This document shows, in pieces, positions 52,896-64,000 of a DNA stretch of 64,000 nt (positions are counted from its first letter, which is position 1; each line of letters starts with the position of its first letter). The notes under the pieces were generated by a model. That model did no database searches, had not been told where the DNA came from, and saw only the letters and a list, made by a program, of their open reading frames with translations. The position numbers were made by a program, and so were the translations under genes. Source of the DNA: an uncultured Clostridia bacterium. GTDB lineage: Bacteria > Bacillota > Clostridia > TANB77 > CAG-465. The stretch lies in contig CAKPAG010000007.1 in assembly GCA_934132895.1 (NCBI GenBank), positions 23-64,022 of the forward strand. The letters are read 5' to 3'.

Positions 52896-54035
52896 TTAAT
52901 TTACTCTTGCAAAAACATCATCCATAACATTAGAAACATTTTTAAATTCATCATCAAAGAAATGAGAATAAATTCTATCAGTCACTTGAACACTTGAATG
53001 ACCAACTTTTCTGCTAATAATTTGAGTTTGAATACATTTTGCAATCATTAAAGAAACATTAGTATGTCTTAAGCCGTGGAATGTAATTCTTTTTAAATTA
53101 TACTTTTTAATTATTTTATCTAGGATTTTAGTAGGAGTATCAGGATGGATATCACCACCAAAATCTGTAGTAAATACTCTATTAGTTCTATTCCATTTAG
53201 ACCAAAGTTGTAATTGCTTTTCGAACTGTTCTTTTTGATACTTTTTAAGAATCTCAATAGTCGTTTTAGTAATGTAATTTACTCTATCACTATTTTCAGC
53301 TTTAGTAGTTTTTTCAAAGATATGTCTATCAATGTATTGCGTAGTTTTATTAATTGTAACTTTTCCAGTTTTGAAATCTATATCATCCCAAGTAAGACCT
53401 GTAAGTTCACCACGTCTACAACCTAAATCTAAAGCTAAAATTATAATTGCTTGATATTTTAAAGGTTCTTTCATAACACATTGTAAAAGCAGATCAACTT
53501 CATCAGGAGAATAACATTGAACATCGGCTCTTGTCCTTTTAGGTTTTTCTATTCTGGTATTAGGATTGTAACTTATATAATCCCATTTTATTGCAACTTC
53601 TAACATATTGTTAATTATTGCATAGTAGCTTTGAATTGTTGTAGGACTATATGGAGTACCTTTTATAGTAATATGTTCATTTCTTAAATAGTTATAAAAT
53701 TTATCTAGAATTTTAGCATTGATGTTTCTTAATTTTACATATCCAATATGCTTATTTATAAGTTTAATTCTATCGCTATAAGTTCTAAATGTTTTAGGTG
53801 ATAGAATATTTTGTTGATAATTTAAATATTCCTCACTTAAATTTTGAATTGTTAAATTGTTTTTCTGTATAAAAGAGCCCTCTCGTAATTGAATTTTCAA
53901 TTTTGCCTCTTGAATAACAGCTTCTTTTTTACCACCATAGAACGTTTCAAAATGTCTAATTTTTTTATCTCCGTTGTAACCTAAAGGAATTTCGATTTGA
54001 TATTTTTTATTACGTATGATTTCTCTTACACTCAT
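52896..54035 (-). CDS. int: tyrosine site-specific integrase (phage integrase family)
   Basis: C-terminal ...ITFHGLRHT...HSSVQVTDRIYSH.. contains the R..H..R...Y catalytic residues. An N-terminal SAM-like domain is present. Confidence 0.9.
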   Translation of the reverse strand: MSVREIIRNKKYQIEIPLGYNGDKKIRHFETFYGGKKEAVIQEAKLKIQLREGSFIQKNNLTIQNLSEEYLNYQQNILSPKTFRTYSDRIKLINKHIGYVKLRNINAKILDKFYNYLRNEHITIKGTPYSPTTIQSYYAIINNMLEVAIKWDYISYNPNTRIEKPKRTRADVQCYSPDEVDLLLQCVMKEPLKYQAIIILALDLGCRRGELTGLTWDDIDFKTGKVTINKTTQYIDRHIFEKTTKAENSDRVNYITKTTIEILKKYQKEQFEKQLQLWSKWNRTNRVFTTDFGGDIHPDTPTKILDKIIKKYNLKRITFHGLRHTNVSLMIAKCIQTQIISRKVGHSSVQVTDRIYSHFFDDEFKNVSNVMDDVFARVN

Positions 54036-54917
54036 TTATTGTCCTTCTTTCTTTATAGTATTTATAAATTTTTTATATTCAGAAGGAAGTTCGTTATTTT
54101 GCCCTAAAATTTCATGAAGATTATCTCTAATTAATTCAGTTATTTGATACTGGCAAAATTGCAAATCTTTATATGTATATTGAAATGATTCAGCACCAAT
54201 TTCGGTTATTTCATTTAATATTTCAAACAATTCATCATCAGATGTAGTAATTTCTTTATTATATGAAACACAATATTTTTTTAGTTTCTTAATATATTTT
54301 TCTAATTCTTTATATGAATTATTATCTAATTTTGATGATGTGTCTCCGTGAATAACGCATCTTTCATATATCTTAAGTTTTTTGTCTAGAATTTTAAATA
54401 TACAATCCAACTCTTTTATATTACTATTTAAGCATTCAGTAAAAAATGGTTTTAATTCTAAAATTGTTGAAAAATATTTAGAACACTCTAATAAATCTTT
54501 TAATATATGATAGTCATTGATATATAATGTGAAATTTTTTAAATAACTAAAACTCTCTAACCATGTATTAAATGCAAGAGGTGGTTCTTTATCTTCTTGT
54601 TTAGAATTATTTGTGAAATCAGTATAAGTTTGTAGATTAATAATTTGTTCTATTGACTTATCAGATAATTTTAATTTTTTTCCAATATCAATAGAAATAT
54701 TAGTTCTATTTTCACATTCTTCATCTAAAAGATATTCGTAAGTAACATCGTAAAAATCTTTTAACATTTTTAGTTGAACTGTGTTTGGAATCCTATCTAA
54801 AGAATCATTTTCATAATTTCTAATAGATTGAATACCAATACTAAGTTTATCAGCTAATACTTGTTGAGTTATTCCTTTTTCTTCTCTTAATAATCTTAAT
54901 TTTTGAGATAATTTCAT
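54036..54917 (-). CDS. XRE-family HTH regulator with a large C-terminal domain (putative island repressor)
   Basis: LRLLREEKGITQQVLADKLSIGIQSIRNYEN is the HTH. Its stop codon abuts the int start. Confidence 0.65.
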   Translation of the reverse strand: MKLSQKLRLLREEKGITQQVLADKLSIGIQSIRNYENDSLDRIPNTVQLKMLKDFYDVTYEYLLDEECENRTNISIDIGKKLKLSDKSIEQIINLQTYTDFTNNSKQEDKEPPLAFNTWLESFSYLKNFTLYINDYHILKDLLECSKYFSTILELKPFFTECLNSNIKELDCIFKILDKKLKIYERCVIHGDTSSKLDNNSYKELEKYIKKLKKYCVSYNKEITTSDDELFEILNEITEIGAESFQYTYKDLQFCQYQITELIRDNLHEILGQNNELPSEYKKFINTIKKEGQ

Positions 54918-55104
54918 TTCAAATCTCCTTCTGTGTTTATTATGACATTAAAAATAAAAAATCAACATGTTTGTATGTATTTATTGATTTCAATACAATT
55001 TTGTTGTTTAATATCATTATCAACACAATAATGTTTATTACAACTTTATTATACATATTTGTGTTGCAAATGTCAAGATAAATATAAAGATTGGAGGTGA
55101 AAAT

Positions 55105-55281
55105 ATGGACAATGAGAAAGAATTAAACGAAATTGTAGCGGAAATGCGCAGAGAACAAGCCAGAATATGGAGAACAAATAATAAAGATAAAGTAAAAGAA
55201 ATAAATAAAAGATATTGGCTAAAAAAAGCAAAACAAGTATTAGAGGAAAGGCAAAAATATAATACGAAAGAGGTGAATTAA
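55105..55281 (+). CDS. hypothetical small basic protein (58 aa)
   Basis: ggaggtg RBS 7 nt upstream of ATG. Reads MDNEKELNEIVAEMRREQARIWRTNNKDKVKEINKRYWLKKAKQ... It is absent from the ORF track because it is shorter than 60 aa. Confidence 0.35.
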   Translation: MDNEKELNEIVAEMRREQARIWRTNNKDKVKEINKRYWLKKAKQVLEERQKYNTKEVN

Positions 55282-55282
55282 A

Positions 55283-55477
55283 ATGGAAGATGTATTTAAT
55301 GTAAAGGAACTTGCAAGATATCTTCGTTGTAGTGAATCAACTATTAGAAAGCTATTAAGGAATAATAAGATTCCTAGCTTTCGAGTTGCATGTAGAATAT
55401 TTTTTAAGAAAAAGTTAATAGATGCATGGATTAATAATCAATGTTTAGAAAATTGTGAGGTGATGAGATATGAATAA
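55283..55477 (+). CDS. excisionase/Xis-like helix-turn-helix DNA-binding protein
   Basis: VKELARYLRCSESTIRKLLRNNKIPSFRV matches the HTH_17/excisionase motif. Confidence 0.6.
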   Translation: MEDVFNVKELARYLRCSESTIRKLLRNNKIPSFRVACRIFFKKKLIDAWINNQCLENCEVMRYE

Positions 55478-55629
55478 TAAAAAAAGAGAAAAAAGAATGT
55501 ATTACATAAGCCAATCCGAATACATTTATTTTCCTCTAACCGTCCATTCAAAGACATATTTGTATTCTACTATAAATACAAGAAAAAATCAATTAGTTAA
55601 TTATATTTTTGCTGTAAGTAGGTGATTTA

Positions 55630-56067
55630 ATGGCAAAAACTAAAAGACCAAAACCACCTGTAAATTATAGTTTTGAAAGTACAAATAATAGATATGATTT
55701 TACTAAAATATGTAGAGATATGCAAAAATCAGAAGCATGGAAACAATTAAAACCAAGGCAAATAGGATTATATTTTTTACTTAAATCAAAATTTACTGTT
55801 AATTCTAAAACTCTTGAAACTAATGCAGAAAATATTTCATTTACTACAAATGAAGCTAAAAGATACTATGGTGATTTAAGAACTTTTAGGGCAGATATGG
55901 ATATACTTATTAATTTGGGTTTTATAAAACAAGTCATGAGTGGAGTGCCTAGAATGGAAGCATCTATTTATGGTTTTTCTGATAAATGGAAAGATTATGG
56001 AACAGATAAATTTTATATTCCTAATTCAGATAAAAGATATAAAAGAAAGACTAAAGTTGAACAATAA
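55630..56067 (+). CDS. hypothetical protein (possible winged-helix replication/regulatory protein)
   Basis: ORF with an aggtga RBS. No secure motif. Confidence 0.35.
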   Translation: MAKTKRPKPPVNYSFESTNNRYDFTKICRDMQKSEAWKQLKPRQIGLYFLLKSKFTVNSKTLETNAENISFTTNEAKRYYGDLRTFRADMDILINLGFIKQVMSGVPRMEASIYGFSDKWKDYGTDKFYIPNSDKRYKRKTKVEQ

Positions 56068-56304
56068 AAATTACTATGGATATGGTAATAATATAAAGGA
56101 TGTGTTGTTTCACATATACAAAGTAACAAAAAATATAGTAAATAAAAAAGTGAAGAAAATGCATTGGAATAAGTGCTTATAGAAGAAAATACTATTGTGT
56201 AATTTAACACAATTTAAAATATATAGATAATGGCTAATATGTGTGAAAAAATATAATTGAATTGTGTTAAATAACATACGATAAAAATTTAGAAGGAGGA
56301 AAAA

Positions 56305-56550
56305 ATGGGTGATACAAATTATGAAGAACAAGAAACACAAATAAGTATAGATTATGCAGGAGGAATAATTTCAATATATACATCAAGAAGAATGACTTAT
56401 AATAAAATAAAAGCTAAAATAGGAGAACCAAGTAATACATATTATTTAAAGAAAAAAATATGTGGTGCTACTTGGAAAATACCTTTTAGTGAAAAGAGAA
56501 AAATTACAACAATACTATCTAGACCATTGTTAATTGGAAGTATTAAATAA
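56305..56550 (+). CDS. hypothetical protein (81 aa)
   Basis: RBS aaggagga lies upstream. Confidence 0.35.
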   Translation: MGDTNYEEQETQISIDYAGGIISIYTSRRMTYNKIKAKIGEPSNTYYLKKKICGATWKIPFSEKRKITTILSRPLLIGSIK

Positions 56551-57046
56551 AATTGAAAATTTAATGCTAGAATTAACGAAAATCGAAAGAATTAGAACTT
56601 AAAATATAAAAATGGATAAGTTGTATGGCTAGAATATTAAAAGTGAAAAAATAACGATTTTGAAAAGAATTAGAAGTGATAAATTGCTAGAGATAGTGAA
56701 AGGGGAATATTGAATCTCCCCAAACCATATCAATGGCAATTTTTTATTTTTTTCAAGACCCACAGCCCAGGTATATTTACACAATAATAAATTTTCCGTG
56801 AGTTTTTTGGAAAATAAAGATTGGATACAAAATGTATACGCAGGATAGGATAGGTTAGGATAGATAAGGTAAGTATAGTATAAATATATTGTACAAATAT
56901 TGTACAAAACTTTACTAGAGATAGAATAAATATAGAGGTGAAAATCATTGTGGATAAAATTTTAAAAAATAGTATGAAATTGTTGAGAATAATGTCGTTT
57001 TATGATATAAAATAAAATAGAATAAGTGTAAGTGTTGGGGGAAGAA

Positions 57047-58607
57047 ATGAATAACAAAAAAGAACAAGAGAGAAATGAACTTCATAAAACAATATGGAAT
57101 GCAGCTACAGAATTTGTACATGGAGGAATAGTAAGTGCATGGGATTTTAAAGAGTATTTTCTTGGAATAATGTTTTATAGATTTATATCAGAGAATATAA
57201 CAGAATATATAAACAAAATGGAACCAGAGGAAAATTTTGACTATTCTAAGATATCAGACAAAATGGCTAAATTTGGAAAAGAACAGACTATAGCAGAAAA
57301 AGGATTTTATATATTACCAAGTGAATTATTTGGAAATGTAAGAAAAAGAGCAAAGCAAGATGAAAATTTAAATACTACTTTAAGTAACATTTTTAATAAT
57401 ATAGAAAATTCTGCTAAAGGGACTGCGTCTGAAAACGATTTGAAGGGATTATTTAGTGGTATAAATGTCAATAGCGATAGTTTGGGGGAAACAGTAAAGG
57501 AAAAGAATAAGGTATTAGCTAAGTTATTAGATGTTATTGGCGATTTGAAGTTGGGAAATTATTTTGATAATACAATAGATGCTTTTGGAGATGCGTACGA
57601 ATATTTAATGAGTATGTATGCTGCTACCGCAGGACAAAAGGGTGGAGAATTTTTTACACCACAAGAAGTTGGAGAATTGCTAGCAAGAATAGTAATTATG
57701 GATAAAACTTCGGTGAATAAGGTTTATGATCCATGCTGTGGTTCAGGGGGATTATTATTAAAATTTGCAAAAATATTAGGGAAAGATAATGTAAAACAAG
57801 GTTTTTTTGGTCAAGAAAAAAATTTGACAACATATAATTTGTGCAGAATAAATATGTTTTTACATGATATTAATTATAATAAATTTAATATTGCAAGAGG
57901 AGATACATTAAAAGAACCTAAACATTGGGATGATGAGCCGTTTGATGCAATAGTTTCAAATCCACCATACTCAATACCATGGGAAGGCAAAAAAAACCCC
58001 TTGCTTATAAATGATGAAAGATTTTCACCTGCTGGAATATTAGCACCAGCATCGAAAGCGGATTTGGCTTTTACGATGCATATGTTATCGTGGCTTTCTG
58101 AAAAAGGAACAGCAGCAATAGTTGAATTCCCAGGAGTATTGCATAGAAGTGGTGCGGAAGAAAAAATAAGAAAATATTTAGTTGAGAACAATTTTGTCGA
58201 TGCGGTTATACAATTGCCAAAAGATTTGTTCTTTGGCACTGGAATAGATACTTGTATTATAGTGCTAAAGAAAAGTAAAAAAGATAATGAAGTGCTATTT
58301 GTAGATGCATCAACAGAGTTTGTTAGAAATGATACTAAGAATAAACTAACGGGAGAAAACATAAAAAATATAGTAGAACTAATAAAAGATAGGAATAATT
58401 TACAATATAAATCTATACTTATCTCTAATGAAGTTATAATAAAAAATAAGTCAAATTTATCTGTTAATGCATATTTAAAACAACAAATCAAAGAAGAAAA
58501 AATAGATATAAAAGAATTAAATAATAATATAAAAGAAATAGTAAAAAAAGAAAACAAACTCAGAGAAAGTTTAGAGAAAATTATAGAAGAATTAGAGGTA
58601 ATGTATA

Positions 58608-58615
<8 letters not shown>
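57047..58615 (+). CDS. hsdM: type I restriction-modification system, DNA methyltransferase subunit M
   Basis: N6-adenine methyltransferase motifs: DPCCGSGGLL (motif I) and IVSNPPYS (NPPY, motif IV). ATG at 57047 follows ggggga. Confidence 0.9.
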
Positions 58616-59835
<1,220 letters not shown>

Positions 59836-59854
59836 AGTAAAAAGGAAGATGTAT

Positions 59855-62800
59855 ATGGAAAAATTAAATGTTGTATCAGAGAATATGAATTCTACAGTAA
59901 TTTCAAAATATGAATATGATAGAAGTAAAGCACAAAGTTTTCAATCAGAAGCGGAACTGGAAAAAGAATTTATAAGAACTTTGCAAGACCAGTCATATGA
60001 TTATTTAAATATTAATTCTGAAGCAGAACTTATATTAAATTTAAAATTACAACTTGAAAAATTAAATAACTATGAATTTAGTGAAAAAGAATGGAATTAT
60101 TTATTTAATAGTATTATTAAAAATGGTAATGATGGAATATTAGAGAAAACTAAAAAAATACAAGAAGACTATATTCAAACTATTACTTTAGATGATGGAA
60201 CATTAAAAAACATTAAATTTATAGATAAAGAACATATTCATAATAATAGGTTACAAGTAATCAATCAATATGAAAATAGTGGAAGCAGAGATAATAGATA
60301 TGATGTAACTGTCCTTGTTAATGGGTTCCCAATGATACATGTTGAATTAAAAAGAAGAGGGAAACCAATAAGAGAAGCATTTAATCAAATAAATAGATAT
60401 CAAAGAGATTCGTTTTGGGCTGGTTCTGGTCTTTATGAGTATATTCAAATATTTGTAATTTCTAACGGAACATACACAAAATATTATTCTAATACAACAA
60501 GAGATTTACATGTAAAAGGTGGAACAAAAAAATCATCAAATACATTTGAATTTACATCATATTGGGCAGATCAAGAAAATAAAGCAATTACAGATTTAAT
60601 AGATTTTACAAAAACATTTTTTGCAAAAAGAACAATATTAAATATATTAACAAAATATTGTGTGTTTACAAGTGAAAATAATTTATTAGTAATGCGTCCA
60701 TATCAAATAGTAGCAACGGAAAAAATAATTAATAGAATTGAAATTGCTCATAATGATAAAAAAAGAATTGGAACAATAAATGCAGGAGGATATATTTGGC
60801 ATACAACAGGTTCGGGAAAAACATTAACATCATTTAAAACTGCCCAACTTGCAACAAGTCTAGATTATATAGATAAAGTATTATTTGTTGTTGATAGAAA
60901 AGATTTGGACTATCAAACAATGAAAGAATATGATAGGTTTAAAAAGGGTTCAGCAAATGCCAATACATCAACTGCTATACTAAAATCACAATTAGAAGAT
61001 GATAGTAAGATAATAATTACTACAATTCAAAAACTAACAAGTTTTATAAAGAAAAATCCAGAGCATGAAGTATATAATAAACAAATTGTTTTGATATTTG
61101 ATGAATGTCATAGAGGACAATTTGGAGATATGCATAACTTAATAGTAAAGAAATTTAAAAAATATTATATGTTTGGATTTACTGGGACTCCAATTTTTGC
61201 AGAAAACAGTAGAACTATAAAAGGAATATCAATGACAACAGGACAATTATTTGGAGACAGATTACATACATATACAATAGTTCATGCAATAAACGATAAA
61301 AATGTATTACCATTTAGATATGAATATGTAAAAACAGTTGATATAAAAGATAATATAAAAGATGAAAAAGTAAATGCAATTGATACTGAAAAAGTGTTAA
61401 TGAATCCAGCAAGAATAAATTCTGTAACTAACTATATAATTGATAACTATTCAATAAAAACAAAAAATACAGAAACTTATTCTCATAGTACATTGTATAA
61501 TGTAATTGAAGTAGCAAAGAACAACAAGACAGAAGAAGTTAGAGAAAAAAGATATATAAATGGGTTTAACTCTATTTTTGCAACTGCATCAATACCTATG
61601 GCAAAAATGTATTATGAAGCATTTAAGAAAAGGCAAGAAAATCATAATTTGAAAATAGCATTAATATATAGTTTTGGAGTAAATGATGAAGAATATGACA
61701 GTATAGATGATGAAAATTCAGAAAGTACAGAAAATTTAAGCCAAACAGATAGAGATTTTCTTGATTATGCGATTAGAGATTATAATGAAATGTTTGGTAC
61801 AAGCTATGATTCGTCAAGCGAAAAATTCCAAAATTATTATAAAGATGTTTCTTTGAGAATGAAGAATAAAGAAATAGATTTATTAATAGTTGCAAATATG
61901 TTTTTAACTGGATTTGATGCTAAAACTTTGAATACATTATGGGTAGATAAAAACTTAAAATATCATGGTTTAATACAAGCATTTTCAAGAACAAACAGAA
62001 TCTTAAATTCAATAAAAACTTTTGGAAATATTGTATGTTTTAGAGATTTGGAAAAAGAATTAAATGAAGCATTAGGTTTATTTGGAGATAAAAATGCTAA
62101 TAATATAGTATTATTAAAGACGTATGAAGATTACTATTATGGATACGAAGGCAATGAAGAAACAAAGGAAAAAGAATTCCCTGGGTATCAAGCATTAGTA
62201 GAAGTGTTAAAAGAAAGATTTCCAGTTGGAGAAATGATAATTGGAGAACAAAATCAAAAAGAATTTGTTAAACTATTTGGACAAATACTAAAAGTAAGAA
62301 ATATATTATCTTCATTTGACAAATTTCAAAATGATACATTATTAACAGATAGAGAATTACAAGATTATCAAGGTGAATATTTAAGAATTAGAGATGATTT
62401 TGCAATAAAAGAAAAGACAGAAAAAGTTGATATTACAGATGATGTAGTATTTGAAATGGAACTTGTAAAACAAATAGAAGTAAACATCGATTATATATTA
62501 GCTTTGATTGCCAAATATCATGAAAGCAATATGCAAGATAAAGAAATTAGAGTCAATATCAATAAAGCTATTATGGCAAGTCCTGATTTAAGAAATAAAA
62601 AAGAATTGATAGAAGCGTTTATAGATTCTTTAGATGGAACATCAAATGTATTTAGAGATTTCCAAGATTTTATGAATAGTAAAAAAAGAGAAGAGCTTGA
62701 TAAAATTATTGAAGAAGAAAATCTGAAAAAAGAAGAAACTTATAAATTTGTTGAGGATGCATTTGAAAGAGGAATGGTAGAAACAGAAGGACCTAAAATA

Positions 62801-63031
62801 TCTAATCTACTTCCTAAAATGTCAAGATTTTCTGCTGATGGAAATAGACAAGTTAAAAAGAAAAACGTTATTGAGAAAATATTAGATTTCTTTGACAGAT
62901 TTTATGTTTTAACAAACACTTTATTAAATCATGATCCAGTTGAGTATGGAAATGTAAGTGATGAATATGAAACAGAAAACTTAATGGTAGCAGAAGAAAG
63001 TGAAGAATATAAAGTAGATAATGAAGAATAG
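59855..63031 (+). CDS. hsdR: type I restriction enzyme, R subunit (helicase/endonuclease)
   Basis: About 1060 aa with DEAD-box helicase motifs (HTTGSGKT, FDECHRGQ) and an N-terminal nuclease region. ATG at 59855 lies 8 nt after aaaggaag. Confidence 0.9.
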   Translation: MEKLNVVSENMNSTVISKYEYDRSKAQSFQSEAELEKEFIRTLQDQSYDYLNINSEAELILNLKLQLEKLNNYEFSEKEWNYLFNSIIKNGNDGILEKTKKIQEDYIQTITLDDGTLKNIKFIDKEHIHNNRLQVINQYENSGSRDNRYDVTVLVNGFPMIHVELKRRGKPIREAFNQINRYQRDSFWAGSGLYEYIQIFVISNGTYTKYYSNTTRDLHVKGGTKKSSNTFEFTSYWADQENKAITDLIDFTKTFFAKRTILNILTKYCVFTSENNLLVMRPYQIVATEKIINRIEIAHNDKKRIGTINAGGYIWHTTGSGKTLTSFKTAQLATSLDYIDKVLFVVDRKDLDYQTMKEYDRFKKGSANANTSTAILKSQLEDDSKIIITTIQKLTSFIKKNPEHEVYNKQIVLIFDECHRGQFGDMHNLIVKKFKKYYMFGFTGTPIFAENSRTIKGISMTTGQLFGDRLHTYTIVHAINDKNVLPFRYEYVKTVDIKDNIKDEKVNAIDTEKVLMNPARINSVTNYIIDNYSIKTKNTETYSHSTLYNVIEVAKNNKTEEVREKRYINGFNSIFATASIPMAKMYYEAFKKRQENHNLKIALIYSFGVNDEEYDSIDDENSESTENLSQTDRDFLDYAIRDYNEMFGTSYDSSSEKFQNYYKDVSLRMKNKEIDLLIVANMFLTGFDAKTLNTLWVDKNLKYHGLIQAFSRTNRILNSIKTFGNIVCFRDLEKELNEALGLFGDKNANNIVLLKTYEDYYYGYEGNEETKEKEFPGYQALVEVLKERFPVGEMIIGEQNQKEFVKLFGQILKVRNILSSFDKFQNDTLLTDRELQDYQGEYLRIRDDFAIKEKTEKVDITDDVVFEMELVKQIEVNIDYILALIAKYHESNMQDKEIRVNINKAIMASPDLRNKKELIEAFIDSLDGTSNVFRDFQDFMNSKKREELDKIIEEENLKKEETYKFVEDAFERGMVETEGPKISNLLPKMSRFSADGNRQVKKKNVIEKILDFFDRFYVLTNTLLNHDPVEYGNVSDEYETENLMVAEESEEYKVDNEE

Positions 63032-63046
63032 AAAGGAGGAAGTTAG

Positions 63047-64000
63047 ATGAAATTAGAAGAATATGATGCTGGAAAATATGTGCAAATGAAAGATTATAAA
63101 GCATTTATTCCAAGTAAGATTAATTACAATTGGGAATGGTCAGATACAAAATTAAATAAATTGTTATCTGAAGCCGACCGTCAAATAGGAGAATTAAATG
63201 CATACTCATTGTTAATACCAAATGTTGACTTATATATTAAAATGCATGTGAAAATTGAAGCAAACAAATCAAGTAGAATAGAAGGAACAAGAACAACTGT
63301 TGATGAAGACTTGCTAGATATAACTGATATCAATCCGGAAAAAAGAGATGATTGGCAAGAAGTTCAAAATTATGTAAAAGCAACAAATTACGGTGTTGAA
63401 AGAATAAAAGATGGTTTTCCTGTATGTACACGATTGATTAGAGAAATGCATAAAATTTTAATGAGTGGTGTAAGAGGGGAGAAGAAAACACCAGGAGAAT
63501 TTAGAACATCTCAAAACTGAATTGGAGGAAGTATGCCAAGTACAGCAGTATATGTTCCACCTCCACATACAGAGATGTCAGATTGTTTAACAGATTTTGA
63601 AAAATTTATTAATAATGATGAAATTGATACACCAGATTTAATTAAGATTGCTATAATACATTATCAATTTGAATCAATTCATCCTTTTCTAGATGGTAAT
63701 GGGAGAATTGGTAGATTGTTGATACCGTTATACATTCAAAGTAAAGGAATATTGGACAAACCTTGTTTATATATATCTGATTATATTGAAAAAAATAAAG
63801 ATACATACTATGATACTTTAACAAGAGTAAGAACACATAACGATATGATTGGATGGATTAAATTTTTCTTAGAAGCAATAATAGACACGTCAAAAACTGC
63901 TAAAGAAAAATTTAGAAAAGTAGTTGAATTTACAAGAGAAATGAATGAAGTAATTATGACTATGTCTGTAAAACCAGAAAATGCCAAAAAGGTATTAGAA
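63047..64000 (+). pseudogene. Fic/Doc-family protein with an in-frame TGA (63518-63520) at a conserved Trp; partial at the window end
   Basis: The Fic N-terminal region (ANKSSRIEGTRTT) ...GEFRTSQN*IGGSMPSTAVYVPPP... then continues in the same frame through the FIC motif HPFLDGNGRIGRLL. Homologues have W at the stop position. Confidence 0.7.

Noticed and set aside
63518-63520. Possible TGA=Trp (or other) recoding of the whole genome, suggested by the in-frame TGA at a conserved Trp in Fic
   Set aside because: rpoB, rpoC, fusA and tuf are long uninterrupted ORFs with no in-frame TGA, and several genes clearly terminate with TGA (e.g. 23551-23553). The event is therefore local.

Overview
Low-GC Firmicutes (Clostridia/Tissierellia-like) chromosomal window, about 30% GC; TGA is used as a stop codon (e.g. 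23551-23553). The first ~49 kb is mostly core genome. It contains a frameshifted alanine racemase, a Ham1-like NTP pyrophosphatase, rpoB-rpoC, the str operon (rpsL-rpsG-fusA-tuf), a flotillin, acpP-rnc and a radical-SAM gene. It also contains an Alg14/Alg13-like split glycosyltransferase, a split transketolase, rarA, cvpA, an LCP protein, a D-Ala-D-Ala carboxypeptidase, comEA and an HD-GYP response regulator. Further along are an SPFH/zinc-ribbon plus Tim44-like membrane pair, a divergent Tad/Flp-like pilus gene set with no ATPase, mecA, rpsF-ssb-rpsR, mscS, a TetR regulator next to a YhgE/Pip protein, and cutA. At 49977 a 46-nt 3' fragment of a tRNA-fMet gene marks the edge of an integrated accessory island that runs past the window end. 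The island carries a three-gene translationally coupled cassette of unknown function (a TPR-like protein with a C-terminal cold-shock domain, a protein with a C-terminal R-x4-H HEPN-like motif, and a small protein), a tyrosine integrase, an XRE-family regulator and a Xis-like protein. It also carries a complete type I R-M system (hsdM, hsdS, hsdR) and a Fic gene with an in-frame TGA at a conserved Trp. The hsdS gene is interrupted by an (AC)16 dinucleotide tract that puts its second target-recognition domain out of frame, and it also has a 3x12-bp TAEL-type repeat. The cassette and the phase-variable hsdS are the most interesting candidates here. Other notable points are an ~85-bp duplicated terminator module flanking a TM2-domain gene after tuf, and two paralogous acidic zinc-ribbon proteins.
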